A stretch of 64,000 nucleotides of DNA from assembly GCF_003790525.1 (NCBI RefSeq), contig NZ_CP033635.1; one strand, 5' to 3'. Numbering within the stretch: position 1 is the first letter of the stretch; each line of letters begins with the position of its first letter. Below are positions 30,411 through 39,486 of this stretch, piece after piece. Both the position numbers and the translations under genes were made by a program. This DNA comes from Escherichia coli. Its GTDB lineage: Bacteria; Pseudomonadota; Gammaproteobacteria; Enterobacterales; Enterobacteriaceae. The notes beneath the pieces were generated by a model, which was not told the origin of the DNA, made no database searches, and saw only the letters and a list, made by a program, of their open reading frames with translations.

Positions 30411-32049
30411 ACGAAATCATTCCGTTGATCTGGGGGCTGCCATCATGCAACCGGGCCGTCAGGCCAGCACGGCAGGTAACGTGGTGGCGCTGGGGGAAAC
30501 ACCGATGATTCTGACGCTGGATCAACTGCGCCCCAACCCGGATAACCCGAGGACCACGCGTAATCCACGGTACGACGATATTAAAAGTTCAATTTTCTCC
30601 CGTGGACTGGATACGGTGCCCAAAGTCACCCGGATACCTGAGAGTGAGCCGGATATCTATATTTTCAGCGATGGCGGTAACACGCGATATCAGATCCTGA
30701 AAGAGCTGTGGGAAGAGACCGGTGATCAGCGTTTCTACCGTATTCATGTGCTTTTCAAGCCATGGCCGGGACGGCTTCAGTGCGTCATTGGTCACCTGGC
30801 GGAGAATGAAGTCAGGGGCGAACTGACGTTTATTGAAAAGGCCCGGGGTATCCATAAAGCACGGATGATTTATGAAGAGCAGTTAAGCAAAAGTGTGTCC
30901 ATGCGAGAGTTGTCATCCCTTTTGACTGAGCAGGGATTACCGGTGGATGCATCCAGTATCAGCCGTATGGAGAACACCCTGAAATACCTGTATCCGTGGA
31001 TCCCCGAACTTCTGGAATCAGGAATGGGGAGTCCTCAGGTCAGGGCTTTACTGTCTCTCCGGCAGGATGCGGAACGTATCTGGGGACAGTTTGCGGTGGC
31101 AACAGAGAACGGGGGGGATTTTGACCGCGTGTTTGGTGAATGCTGCAGCAAATTCAATTCACCGGAGCTCTGGTCACTGGAGATGTTCCGGGATGAGCTG
31201 ATTGGTGATCTGCTGAAAGCGTTACCACATCCGGTGCTGGATTATGACCGCTGGCTGCTTGAACTGGATCCGCGGGAACGTAACCGACGTCATCATTTTG
31301 GTGAACCTGAACCGGTGCTCATTCCCGCAGACAGTGATGCGATGCCAGAGCCTGTGACTCACGGTACGTCGGCAGTGACGGTGGAGAAGGACAGCGGAAG
31401 GGAGCAGTCTGTGATTTCCGCACCGGCTGACCATGACACAGTCATGAATACGGAGCAATCCCCTGTTGGAAAGGCGGAGAGTTCAGTTACTGAACAACGC
31501 GAAGAACGCCGCAGAAAGGAAGTCCAGCCGGATATGTATGGTGGTGAAGAAACATACAGCGGCGATTACGAAGAGGATGGCGATACCCGTGATGCTGCGG
31601 ATCTGCCGGTAACGTCACCGGAAGAGGGTGCTCAGCAGAGCATCGGTGAAATTTTCAGTGAGCCGGAATTCAGTGTTGGTGAACTGGATGATATCGAATA
31701 TCTGCAGAATGAGGCATTTCACCTGGCATGGGAGCTGGCGTCACACACAGGCTGTGTCGATGAACTGGCTATGGACAGGGAAAGCGAACTGTCTGCGGGA
31801 TTCGGCGCGGCAGAGGCGAATTGTTCTCCGGTCATGGCATTTCTTGTCAGGCTGACCGGTGAGGAGGTTCTGCGGGTTAATCCGGTTTCTCTTGATGCAC
31901 TGATGATTGGTGGCAGTACTGAAGAAGAGCCACCACTGCTGGATGATGAGCATGCCGGGAAGTTACTCCGTCTGCTTGGGGTGTTGCGTCGTCTGCGGGG
32001 GCTGCAGCGCCAGGTGGAAGAAGAGAACGTGGAGGGGCGTGATGAATAA
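30400..32049 (+). CDS. parB: ParB-like nuclease-domain protein with long acidic C-terminal region
   Basis: ParB/Srx-like motif IFSDGGNTRY near N-terminus; start overlaps dnaB stop; alternative ATG at 30394. Confidence 0.7.
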   Translation: MSIKRNHSVDLGAAIMQPGRQASTAGNVVALGETPMILTLDQLRPNPDNPRTTRNPRYDDIKSSIFSRGLDTVPKVTRIPESEPDIYIFSDGGNTRYQILKELWEETGDQRFYRIHVLFKPWPGRLQCVIGHLAENEVRGELTFIEKARGIHKARMIYEEQLSKSVSMRELSSLLTEQGLPVDASSISRMENTLKYLYPWIPELLESGMGSPQVRALLSLRQDAERIWGQFAVATENGGDFDRVFGECCSKFNSPELWSLEMFRDELIGDLLKALPHPVLDYDRWLLELDPRERNRRHHFGEPEPVLIPADSDAMPEPVTHGTSAVTVEKDSGREQSVISAPADHDTVMNTEQSPVGKAESSVTEQREERRRKEVQPDMYGGEETYSGDYEEDGDTRDAADLPVTSPEEGAQQSIGEIFSEPEFSVGELDDIEYLQNEAFHLAWELASHTGCVDELAMDRESELSAGFGAAEANCSPVMAFLVRLTGEEVLRVNPVSLDALMIGGSTEEEPPLLDDEHAGKLLRLLGVLRRLRGLQRQVEEENVEGRDE

Positions 32050-32773
32050 TGATGCAGCACGTCAGGAGCAACTGATTAAACGGATAAGAAAACTGCTGGC
32101 GCTGAGCCGGAATAACAGTAATCCCCATGAGGCAGGTCAGGCTCTTTCCCGCGCACAGGCGCTGATGCGGAAGCATGGTATCACCGAACTGGATGCTGAT
32201 ATTTCGGTGATAAAAACCTCATCATCAAAGGGAGCACCGTCAGAAGCGGAAAAAGTTCCGGTATGGATGGGGCGTCTTATGAATGTTGTTGCAGGGGCAT
32301 TCGGATGCCATACATACCTGGATTGGCGTATCACAACCGGAGGATACTGGCGGCGGATTGTCACATTTTATGGTTTTGGGGAGCGTCCGGTTGTGGCTGC
32401 GTATGCCTTTGATGTTCTCTGCCGGCAGATGCAAAAGGCGACAAAAGAGTATCTCTCAACCCAGAGCCGGAAATTAAAACACTCAACCCGTCGTGCAAGA
32501 GCTGCGATGTTTCGTGACGGCTGGGTTTATGGGGTGCGTGATGTGGTGGATGCATTCCGGCTCACGGAAGATGAGACGCGTGTAATGAATACGTGGCTGC
32601 AGAACCAGCAATTTGAGGGAATGGTCGTCTTCCGGGAGGTAAAGGACTGCCATGGCGGTGACCATGCACGCTGGCAGGGATACAACGAGGGGAAAAAGGC
32701 AACGCTGAATCACGGTGTTGGTTCCCGGGATCTGAGACCGGAAAGCCTGATATCAGGCGGAGGTGAGGTATGA
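32042..32773 (+). CDS. conserved ICE hypothetical protein
   Basis: Start at ATG 32042 (MNNDAARQ) overlapping parB stop; the longer track ORF from 31907 is an upstream read-through. Confidence 0.6.
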   Translation: MNNDAARQEQLIKRIRKLLALSRNNSNPHEAGQALSRAQALMRKHGITELDADISVIKTSSSKGAPSEAEKVPVWMGRLMNVVAGAFGCHTYLDWRITTGGYWRRIVTFYGFGERPVVAAYAFDVLCRQMQKATKEYLSTQSRKLKHSTRRARAAMFRDGWVYGVRDVVDAFRLTEDETRVMNTWLQNQQFEGMVVFREVKDCHGGDHARWQGYNEGKKATLNHGVGSRDLRPESLISGGGEV

Positions 32774-33348
32774 GTAATAACTTGTCACAGGCCACCAACG
32801 GACTGTTGATGCAGCTGGTGATGGATCTCAAAAGTGGCTATCTGCGCCGCTGTGAAGCGCTGGGGCTTTCCCGGGAAGAAATGCAGATGCTGCAGGGGCT
32901 GAGTATTGAGGAAATTCACTATCTGTCAAATTCAGAGGTGTCAGTGCTGCGGCTGGATATTAACCACAATAACCTTGTACGCATGCTGCAGCAGGCCAGG
33001 ACTGAACAGAAACGCCTGCAGCGAATCGATCGCGCTCTTGCACTGGGGGGATCGATTGAACTCATGGCGTTTTATTTTGGCCTTTCCAGTGTGGACGTTG
33101 CAGCACGGCGCCGTATTTCAGGAATTGATGTGCGCCCGGGGCGGGGTATCACACTCAGCGATGATGAAAACTCTGAACTCTGGAGACTGTGGCAGAAAGC
33201 AGGGATTAACGATGTGGAGAGCGCTGACGGGCTGGACGTCATGATGCTCTGTGCAGAGCAGATGAATATCCCGCTCACGGCCGTCTGGCATGCTGTCAGG
33301 GGGTGGCATACAGCCGGAAGCCCTGAACAGGTAAGGAATGCGTCATGA
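32770..33348 (+). CDS. conserved ICE hypothetical protein
   Basis: 192 aa; ATGA start/stop overlap with neighbours. Confidence 0.55.
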   Translation: MSNNLSQATNGLLMQLVMDLKSGYLRRCEALGLSREEMQMLQGLSIEEIHYLSNSEVSVLRLDINHNNLVRMLQQARTEQKRLQRIDRALALGGSIELMAFYFGLSSVDVAARRRISGIDVRPGRGITLSDDENSELWRLWQKAGINDVESADGLDVMMLCAEQMNIPLTAVWHAVRGWHTAGSPEQVRNAS

Positions 33349-33593
33349 AGATGAAAGAGCTGGTTCCCGGTCTGCTGAGCTGTCCCGGGGTACCGCCAGC
33401 CTGCCAGCGGAAGGCGGTGGACCTCGTTAACCGGTTTCGTCGCGGGGAGAGGAATTACCATGAACTGAAGGAAAAGGGATTCGGGTATATCAAGATTAAT
33501 GTTGGTCCGGACTGGCGGTTACTGAGCAGGAACCGGGGACAAACCTGGGCGCTGTTGAGTCACGAGCGATACAACAATATGAGACTGAGGTAG
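33345..33593 (+). CDS. small hypothetical protein (cargo cluster gene 1)
   Basis: 82 aa; ATGA overlap with upstream gene. Confidence 0.5.
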   Translation: MKMKELVPGLLSCPGVPPACQRKAVDLVNRFRRGERNYHELKEKGFGYIKINVGPDWRLLSRNRGQTWALLSHERYNNMRLR

Positions 33594-33599
33594 AGCAAA

Positions 33600-33776
33600 A
33601 TGACTGATTTTGGTTCAACTAAATATAACGCCAGTTTTGAAGAATGGCATGAAGTGTTAATGGACTATGCCGGGTTACGTGGTGGAAGTGCCGCCGATGC
33701 CGAAGCATGGCGCGATGACTATGAAGCTGGAAAAACGCCTGTCGAAGCATATTGCGATGAGTGGGGTGATGAATGA
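33600..33776 (+). CDS. small acidic hypothetical protein, 58 aa (below the ORF-track size cutoff)
   Basis: ATG 33600 to TGA 33774-33776, translated MTDFGSTKYNASFEEWHEVLMDYAGLRGGSAADAEAWRDDYEAGKTPVEAYCDEWGDE; stop overlaps next start (ATGA at 33773). Confidence 0.5.
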   Translation: MTDFGSTKYNASFEEWHEVLMDYAGLRGGSAADAEAWRDDYEAGKTPVEAYCDEWGDE

Positions 33777-33985
33777 GCAAAATTGACTATCAGGAGCTGC
33801 GTGAGGCGGCAGAAAAGGCAATGCATGACGACTGGGGATTTGACACGGACCTTTTCTATGAGCTGGTAGAACCATCGATTGTGCTGGCTCTGCTGGATGA
33901 ATGCGAGACGCTGGCAACTGAGAATGCGAAGCTGAAGACAGCACACCCTCAACTGTTCGGGAAAGCTGAAGGAGCGACAAAATGA
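33773..33985 (+). CDS. small protein with Ead/Ea22-like N-terminal motif (MSKIDYQELRE)
   Basis: 70 aa; shares N-terminal motif with the 34190 gene. Confidence 0.55.
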   Translation: MSKIDYQELREAAEKAMHDDWGFDTDLFYELVEPSIVLALLDECETLATENAKLKTAHPQLFGKAEGATK

Positions 33986-34203
33986 GCAAGCCAACCGACG
34001 AAGAAATAGTTCGGGTGTTGGAAGAACACGGGCGCTGTATGACTTACGTCGTGACCAACTGGCTTAGGGATAAATATCGCACACTCAAAACGGCATACGT
34101 TTTGCGTCGTCTAAAGAAACTGGAGTTCGACGGGAAAGTAAAGCGCGTTAACAGTTCTTATATAAGACAAATTTGCTGGGAGGCAACCAGTGAGCGAGAT
34201 TGA
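33982..34203 (+). CDS. small basic hypothetical protein (possible DNA-binding)
   Basis: 73 aa; overlapping start/stop in operon. Confidence 0.5.
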   Translation: MSKPTDEEIVRVLEEHGRCMTYVVTNWLRDKYRTLKTAYVLRRLKKLEFDGKVKRVNSSYIRQICWEATSERD

Positions 34204-34789
34204 TTATCAGGCGCTACGGGAACGTTATTCACCTAAGCCAGTACCTGAATGCTCTGTTTGTGGCGAGGAAATGTCAATACAGCGCATATCTGGAGCACAT
34301 GTTGTTTATGCCTGTTCCGGTGAGGGTGATGACGGATATTTTAAGATAGGGCGTACTTTTGCAGACGAACATTATGAAGAATCACGCGTAACAGTAGTTG
34401 ATGATAGTGATCCCGATGTGATTGCACTACTGGACGAACTGGAGGCAGCAAAATCAAAACTCAACGAGCAGCGTGAATATTACGAGGGAGTAATCGCGGA
34501 TGGGAGTAAGCGTATTGCAGAACTGGAAGCACGGGAAATAAAACCAGCCAAAGGCGAAGTTCTTGTCGTTGTATCTGGTTTTACTGGTTGCGGAAAAAGC
34601 GCCATTGCCGGGGAAATAGAAATCGCGATGAAGGCTATTGGTGTGCCGGTTCTATGGACTAATGGCGATGCGGAAAAGCGCATGACAGGAGCTGACTGGC
34701 TGACAGCGATTGAGATGTACAAACCAAATGTGCGCATCGTGGAAGTTAATGTGCCACGCGTCGCTGGCATTCGCACCAAAGGAGAGTGA
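34190..34789 (+). CDS. Ead/Ea22-like prophage-type protein (assignment from memory of the N-terminal motif)
   Basis: 199 aa; N-terminus MSEIDYQALRE, CxxC...C zinc-ribbon-like segment, coiled-coil middle. Confidence 0.55.
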   Translation: MSEIDYQALRERYSPKPVPECSVCGEEMSIQRISGAHVVYACSGEGDDGYFKIGRTFADEHYEESRVTVVDDSDPDVIALLDELEAAKSKLNEQREYYEGVIADGSKRIAELEAREIKPAKGEVLVVVSGFTGCGKSAIAGEIEIAMKAIGVPVLWTNGDAEKRMTGADWLTAIEMYKPNVRIVEVNVPRVAGIRTKGE

Positions 34790-34790
34790 T

Positions 34791-35306
34791 ATGGCGTTAA
34801 CACACCGCGAACTCTGTCAGATTGCGTACAAGTTCCTTAAGCGCAACGGGTTCAAGGTTTGTTTTCATGACCGCTTTATAGCTGTAACCAGTACCGGAGA
34901 GCAGCCAGATGCTATGGGATTCAGAAATTCAGCATCATGCCTGATAGAGGCGAAATGTTCTCGTGCTGACTTGTTGGCAGATAGAAAAAAGCGTTTTCGT
35001 AAAAATCCATCTCTTGGAATGGGCGACTGGCGATTCTTTATTAGTGAGCCGGGAATTATTTCAATTGAGGATTTACCACCTGGCTGGGGATTACTTCACG
35101 TTGTTAACGGAAGAGTACGGAAAGTACATGGGTGGCCCAGGGGTAATTGCTGTTGGGGTAATCCTGACGATAAGCCATTTACTGGAAATAAGCAGGTTGA
35201 ATGCGATTACATGTTATCTGCATTAAGGCGCATGGAGTTGAGAGGGCACCTTAATGAAATATATGACGGTGTAATTGTTAATAAGAAAGAAGGAAACGCA
35301 GCATGA
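34791..35306 (+). CDS. hypothetical protein with PD-(D/E)xK nuclease-like motif
   Basis: 171 aa from ATG 34791 with GGAGAG SD; motif ...EQPDAMGF...CLIEAKCS... Confidence 0.5.
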   Translation: MALTHRELCQIAYKFLKRNGFKVCFHDRFIAVTSTGEQPDAMGFRNSASCLIEAKCSRADLLADRKKRFRKNPSLGMGDWRFFISEPGIISIEDLPPGWGLLHVVNGRVRKVHGWPRGNCCWGNPDDKPFTGNKQVECDYMLSALRRMELRGHLNEIYDGVIVNKKEGNAA

Positions 35307-35701
35307 TCACTATTACCAAAGAGCGACTGCTGACAATCCAGCAGTGGCGCGAAACATACGGACCTGGTAGCAACGTTGTATTGCCAGCAGAAGAAGCGGA
35401 AGAACTGGCACGAATTGCACTGGCATTGCTGGAAGCAGAACCGCTGGTGCCCGTCATGTATAAAGGAATGAAACTGTTAACAAAAGAGGGGCTTGAGCTT
35501 ATTCGTGACGGTATTGCTGAGGCTACAGGACTGGAAGCAATGTGTATGGCTGAGGCTTTGCTGTCTGGGGCGTCAGTGCCGTCAGTGCCAGAAGAAATGT
35601 ATTGGCAGGATGCGCCTGTTGGAGGCAGTAGCAAAGCAGCTGCATACGCGACAGGCTGGAATGCCTGTCGCGCCGCAATGCTTCAGGGAAAAGGAAAGTG
35701 A
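35303..35701 (+). CDS. hypothetical protein, paralog A of a shared N-terminal module
   Basis: 132 aa; first ~45 aa nearly identical to the 36134 gene. Confidence 0.55.
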   Translation: MITITKERLLTIQQWRETYGPGSNVVLPAEEAEELARIALALLEAEPLVPVMYKGMKLLTKEGLELIRDGIAEATGLEAMCMAEALLSGASVPSVPEEMYWQDAPVGGSSKAAAYATGWNACRAAMLQGKGK

Positions 35702-35702
35702 T

Positions 35703-35924
35703 ATGGCTAACTCGTTACTTGAAACCTGCAACAACTGGCAGATTCAGAGGGCGGAGATTTTATCTCGCAATCCAGATATGGCAATGACAATTGATAATCT
35801 GGACACGCTAATTGAACGGACCGTGCGTTCTGCAATTGATATAGCACATCGAGTGGATTGGGATTTCAGAGAAGCGGAGCGGCTTGCTAAAGAGCAGGAG
35901 AAAGCAGCGGGTAAAGGAGACTGA
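35703..35924 (+). CDS. small hypothetical protein
   Basis: 73 aa from ATG 35703 (MANSLLETC); track ORF 35493 is an upstream extension. Confidence 0.5.
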   Translation: MANSLLETCNNWQIQRAEILSRNPDMAMTIDNLDTLIERTVRSAIDIAHRVDWDFREAERLAKEQEKAAGKGD

Positions 35925-35925
35925 T

Positions 35926-36123
35926 ATGGATAAAAACACCACTGCTTACTGGAATCTGTCACTTGATACCGAATGCCCAAAATGCGGTCACAATTTCGAT
36001 CTGCTTTGTGATCCAGATTTCTGGGAATTTTCTGGAGCAAAACAGGCATGTGAAGAAATAAAAGGTTACGAAACATGCTGTCCAGAATGTAACCATGAAT
36101 TTAAAACAGATTTTGTGTATTGA
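35926..36123 (+). CDS. small zinc-ribbon protein (CPKCG...CCPECNH)
   Basis: 65 aa from ATG 35926; two CxxC pairs. Confidence 0.5.
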   Translation: MDKNTTAYWNLSLDTECPKCGHNFDLLCDPDFWEFSGAKQACEEIKGYETCCPECNHEFKTDFVY

Positions 36124-36133
36124 GGCATAACAA

Positions 36134-36547
36134 ATGACCACTATAACCAAAGAGCGACTGCTGACAATCAAGCAGTGGCGCGAAACATACGGACCGGGTA
36201 GCAACGTTGTACTGCCAGCAGAAGAAGCGGAAGAACTGGCACGGATTGTACTGGCATCGCTGGAAGCGGAACCGGTGGCGTGGATGTGTGATGACGAAGA
36301 TGGTCGTGAATATAACGGTCATAACGAGTTTTCTTATGGAAGACGCGGGATTCCCCTTTACGCCGTCCCGCCAGCGCCGAATGGATTGGTTAAAGCCGTA
36401 GCTTTCTATGAGCAGGTTAAACGTGAAAATCCGCCAGTTGAAACGGGAGCATGGAAAGACGCCGTTGACTGGGTGCTTAAACAAGCTTGTCAGGCTGTAA
36501 ACACTGGCATCAATGAAAGAAGAACAATTGAAGAAAATGATGATTGA
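36134..36547 (+). CDS. hypothetical protein, paralog B of a shared N-terminal module
   Basis: 137 aa; N-terminal ~45 aa shared with the 35303 gene, C-terminus unrelated. Confidence 0.55.
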   Translation: MTTITKERLLTIKQWRETYGPGSNVVLPAEEAEELARIVLASLEAEPVAWMCDDEDGREYNGHNEFSYGRRGIPLYAVPPAPNGLVKAVAFYEQVKRENPPVETGAWKDAVDWVLKQACQAVNTGINERRTIEENDD

Positions 36548-36595
36548 GCCGGAAGCAGCAAAAAAGCGCATTGCAGAACTGGAGGAGCGCCGGTC

Positions 36596-36811
36596 ATGAG
36601 AAAAATCAGTGGAATGTTGAACCTGGAGAAGGCCAGGATGCAGTTGCGTGTTTTGTTATCAGGACCGGTTCCTGCGATCACTCCGATGTCGCATGCCGTG
36701 GCAATTAAAGTTGTGCCTGATGCTCCGGATGCGAGTGAGCGGAGGGTGGCTGAACTGGAACAGGCCTGCGCTGCCGCGGGCATTCGTATCAAAGGGGAAC
36801 AAGTGAAATGA
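36596..36811 (+). CDS. small hypothetical protein
   Basis: 71 aa; operon context. Confidence 0.45.
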   Translation: MRKISGMLNLEKARMQLRVLLSGPVPAITPMSHAVAIKVVPDAPDASERRVAELEQACAAAGIRIKGEQVK

Positions 36812-37029
36812 AACTGAAGATGCAGGCAATGGACGGCCCGGTGATTATAGAGAGTAGTGATGTGACACAGTTTTACCCTGACCATGAAAGTGGCGGGGAA
36901 CTCACCGCTGTTGAGTACCTTGCTGACGGGGGAAGAATCACCGCGAGGGTGAGTCACTCTTTTTATCAGGTTGCTGCGGCACTTGCCGGGGCATGGCGTG
37001 CGGATGATGCATCAAAAAGCGGTGGGTGA
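36808..37029 (+). CDS. small hypothetical protein
   Basis: 73 aa; ATGA overlap with upstream gene. Confidence 0.45.
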   Translation: MKLKMQAMDGPVIIESSDVTQFYPDHESGGELTAVEYLADGGRITARVSHSFYQVAAALAGAWRADDASKSGG

Positions 37030-37289
37030 GGACTGTGCCGGAATGATTGTCTGTTCCGAAGCTGCTGAACCGCGACATAAATTTTTTATGTTGCGGTGAA
37101 GCAGCCGGCAAACGAAGAGCGTCAGCGTATCAACAGTTAAGGAAAATATCTTCTGAAGCCGGACGCGACAGTCAGTCCGGTGGTGCTCGTGTGGTGAAGT
37201 GTTTAGCCTGCATCTTTGACAGGGTTCAGTTATAAGCATTTCGGAAACCGTTCCCCGGCGCAGTCTGCCGGGATTTAAGGAGTTTATTT

Positions 37290-38555
37290 ATGGCGCTACC
37301 TGCAGAAAGCCTTATTGCGCATACGCTCAGAAAAATGAAGGCCAGCATGGCAGAGAAAGCCAGTCGTGAGGACGGGAGGATACGCAGTGGGCTGTTGTTT
37401 ACCGGCAATGTTCACGATTCGTATCCCCGCAGGCTGTTGCTGGATACGCGCCTTTCTCCCCTTGATAAAACTGCGTGGATGATGATTCGTCTGCATGCCC
37501 TGAATAATGAGGGCGCAGTATTTCCGACGTACGATGAACTGCAGTTACAACTGGCATCTCCCGGGTGCGGGAAGGCGTCCCGTGAAACAGTGAGCCGGGT
37601 GCTGACAATGCTGCGGCTTACGGGCTGGCTGAGTCTGTGTAAGCGGGTCAGGGATGAAAAAGGGCGGGTCCGGGGGAATATTTACGCCCTGCATGATGAG
37701 CCACTGACCTGCTGTGATGCAGAAAAGTTTGACCCACGATACCTGGATATGGTTCTGGATACTGTGAGCAGGAGCCGGAACAAGACAATCCGGCACACAG
37801 CCAGTGAAGTGCTCAGTGATATCAAAAATGAGCCCGGTATGCGGCATTACCACAGCCATATCACTCTGTTTGAATCGCGTATGGGGGCAGCACAGACACC
37901 TGGTCAGCTGGCGGCGCGTCAGCGGGTGAACCCGATGGTGAATGAAAACACAGGCAGAGAGAGTGGTTCGGATTCCGTACATACCCCTGCACCTGTCGTG
38001 CAGGTAACCGAACTCAGTGCTCCGTTAACCGAACTCAGTGAAAAACAGGAAATGAGCCCACTCAGTTCGGATTCCGTACCGCCTGAAAAATCAGTAACTT
38101 ATCACTCGGTTCGGAAACCGAACAATTACGTACGTAATATCACACACAGTGTGATTAAAAATACGTACGTATTGCCTGAGTCGGTGAAATCGCAAATCAG
38201 CACAGAAGACACGGACATGCTGACAAAACAACTGCAGGCGTTGCCGGAAGAACTGGCAGGTAGTGTGCTGAGCAGCCTGTCACAGATGCTCAGCAAAAAC
38301 ACGCTCCAGAATCCGGTTGGCTGGATGCTGGCTGTGATGAAACGTGCGCGTGAGGGAAGTTTTAATACGCCGGATATGTCCGTGCATGAATCCCGGTCGC
38401 CAGCCCGTGCACCATATCAGCCTGTGTACAACCGTGATGAACGTGAACGTCGTCGCAGGAAAGTGGCGTCACCTGAAACGGTGAGCAACATTGTCGCAGA
38501 ATTCCGTGCCAGCCTGAAACGTGCAAATGCTGCCCGTCTGGCGGCGCGTGTTTGA
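37290..38555 (+). CDS. putative ICE replication/regulatory protein (winged-helix-like N-terminal region), adjacent to repeat array
   Basis: 421 aa; stop lies 2 nt before the 36-bp repeat array; resembles pathogenicity-island replication proteins in position. Confidence 0.55.
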   Translation: MALPAESLIAHTLRKMKASMAEKASREDGRIRSGLLFTGNVHDSYPRRLLLDTRLSPLDKTAWMMIRLHALNNEGAVFPTYDELQLQLASPGCGKASRETVSRVLTMLRLTGWLSLCKRVRDEKGRVRGNIYALHDEPLTCCDAEKFDPRYLDMVLDTVSRSRNKTIRHTASEVLSDIKNEPGMRHYHSHITLFESRMGAAQTPGQLAARQRVNPMVNENTGRESGSDSVHTPAPVVQVTELSAPLTELSEKQEMSPLSSDSVPPEKSVTYHSVRKPNNYVRNITHSVIKNTYVLPESVKSQISTEDTDMLTKQLQALPEELAGSVLSSLSQMLSKNTLQNPVGWMLAVMKRAREGSFNTPDMSVHESRSPARAPYQPVYNRDERERRRRKVASPETVSNIVAEFRASLKRANAARLAARV

Positions 38556-38556
38556 T

Positions 38557-39384
38557 GGTTAAAAATCGTACGGTGTTGGCAGTGCCAACAGTGGTTAAAA
38601 ATTGTGCGGTGTTGGCAGTGCCAACAGTGATTAAAAAATGTACGGTGTTGGCAGTGCCAACAGTGGTTAAAAATTGCGCGGTGTTGGCAGTGCCAACAGC
38701 GGTTAAAAAGTGTACGGCGTTGGCAGTGCCAACAGTGATTGAAAAATGTACGGTGTTGGCAGTGCCAACAGTGATTAAAAAATGTACGGTGTTGGCAGTG
38801 CCAACGGTGATTAAAAAATGTACGGTGTTGGCAGTGCCAACAGTGGTTAAAAATTGCGCGGTGTTGGCAGTGTCAACAGTGGTTAAAAATTGTGCGGTGT
38901 TGGCAGTGCCAACAGTGATTAAAAAATGTACGGTGTTGGCAGTGCCAACAGTGGTTAAAAATTGCGCGGTGTTGGCAGTGCCAACAGCGGTTAAAAAGTG
39001 TACGGCGTTGGCAGTGCCAACAGTGATTGAAAAATGTACGGTGTTGGCAGTGCCAACAGTGATTAAAAAATGTACGGTGTTGGCAGTGCCAACGGTGATT
39101 AAAAAATGTACGGTGTTGGCAGTGCCAACAGTGGTTAAAAATTGCGCGGTGTTGGCAGTGCCAACAGTGGTTAAAAATTGTGCGGTGTTGGCAGTGCCAA
39201 CAGTGATTAAAAAATGTACGGTGTTGGCAGTGCCAACAGCGGTTAAAAAGTGTACGGCGTTGGCAGTAGCAACAGCGATTAAAAAATGTACGGTGTTGCC
39301 AGTGGCAACAGTGGTTAAAAAGTGTCCGGCGTTGCCAGTGGCAACAGTGTTTGAAAATTGTACTGAGTTGGCACTGCCAACATG
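38557..39384. repeat. array of 23 tandem 36-bp direct repeats, each with a 17-bp palindrome TGTTGGCAGTGCCAACA (iteron/centromere-like)
   Basis: Directly counted units of 36 bp from 38557; higher-order periodicity of 288 bp (8 units); last units degenerate. Confidence 0.9.
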
Positions 39385-39486
39385 ACGTAATTTCAGTCAT
39401 TCCTTTTTTTATTTTTGATTGTCAGATCTCCGTCTGCAGGCTGACTATTTCAGCCCGATATCCTTTTCTTTTGCCGGAGATATAAC

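Noticed and set aside
31907-32041. 5' extension of the 32042 gene (track start 31907) overlapping parB
   Set aside because: In-frame read-through within parB; ATG 32042 overlaps the parB stop as in neighbouring coupled genes
38557-39384. Possible CRISPR array
   Set aside because: Units are contiguous with no unique spacers between repeats; period 36 bp is fully accounted for by the repeat itself
38552-39400. Track ORFs 38552..39385 (+, 277 aa) and 38873..39400 (-, 175 aa) with repetitive VLAVPTV.K.C / CWHCQHRTFFNH translations
   Set aside because: They are reading-frame artifacts of the 36-bp (multiple of 3) tandem repeat array; no independent start context, purely periodic sequence
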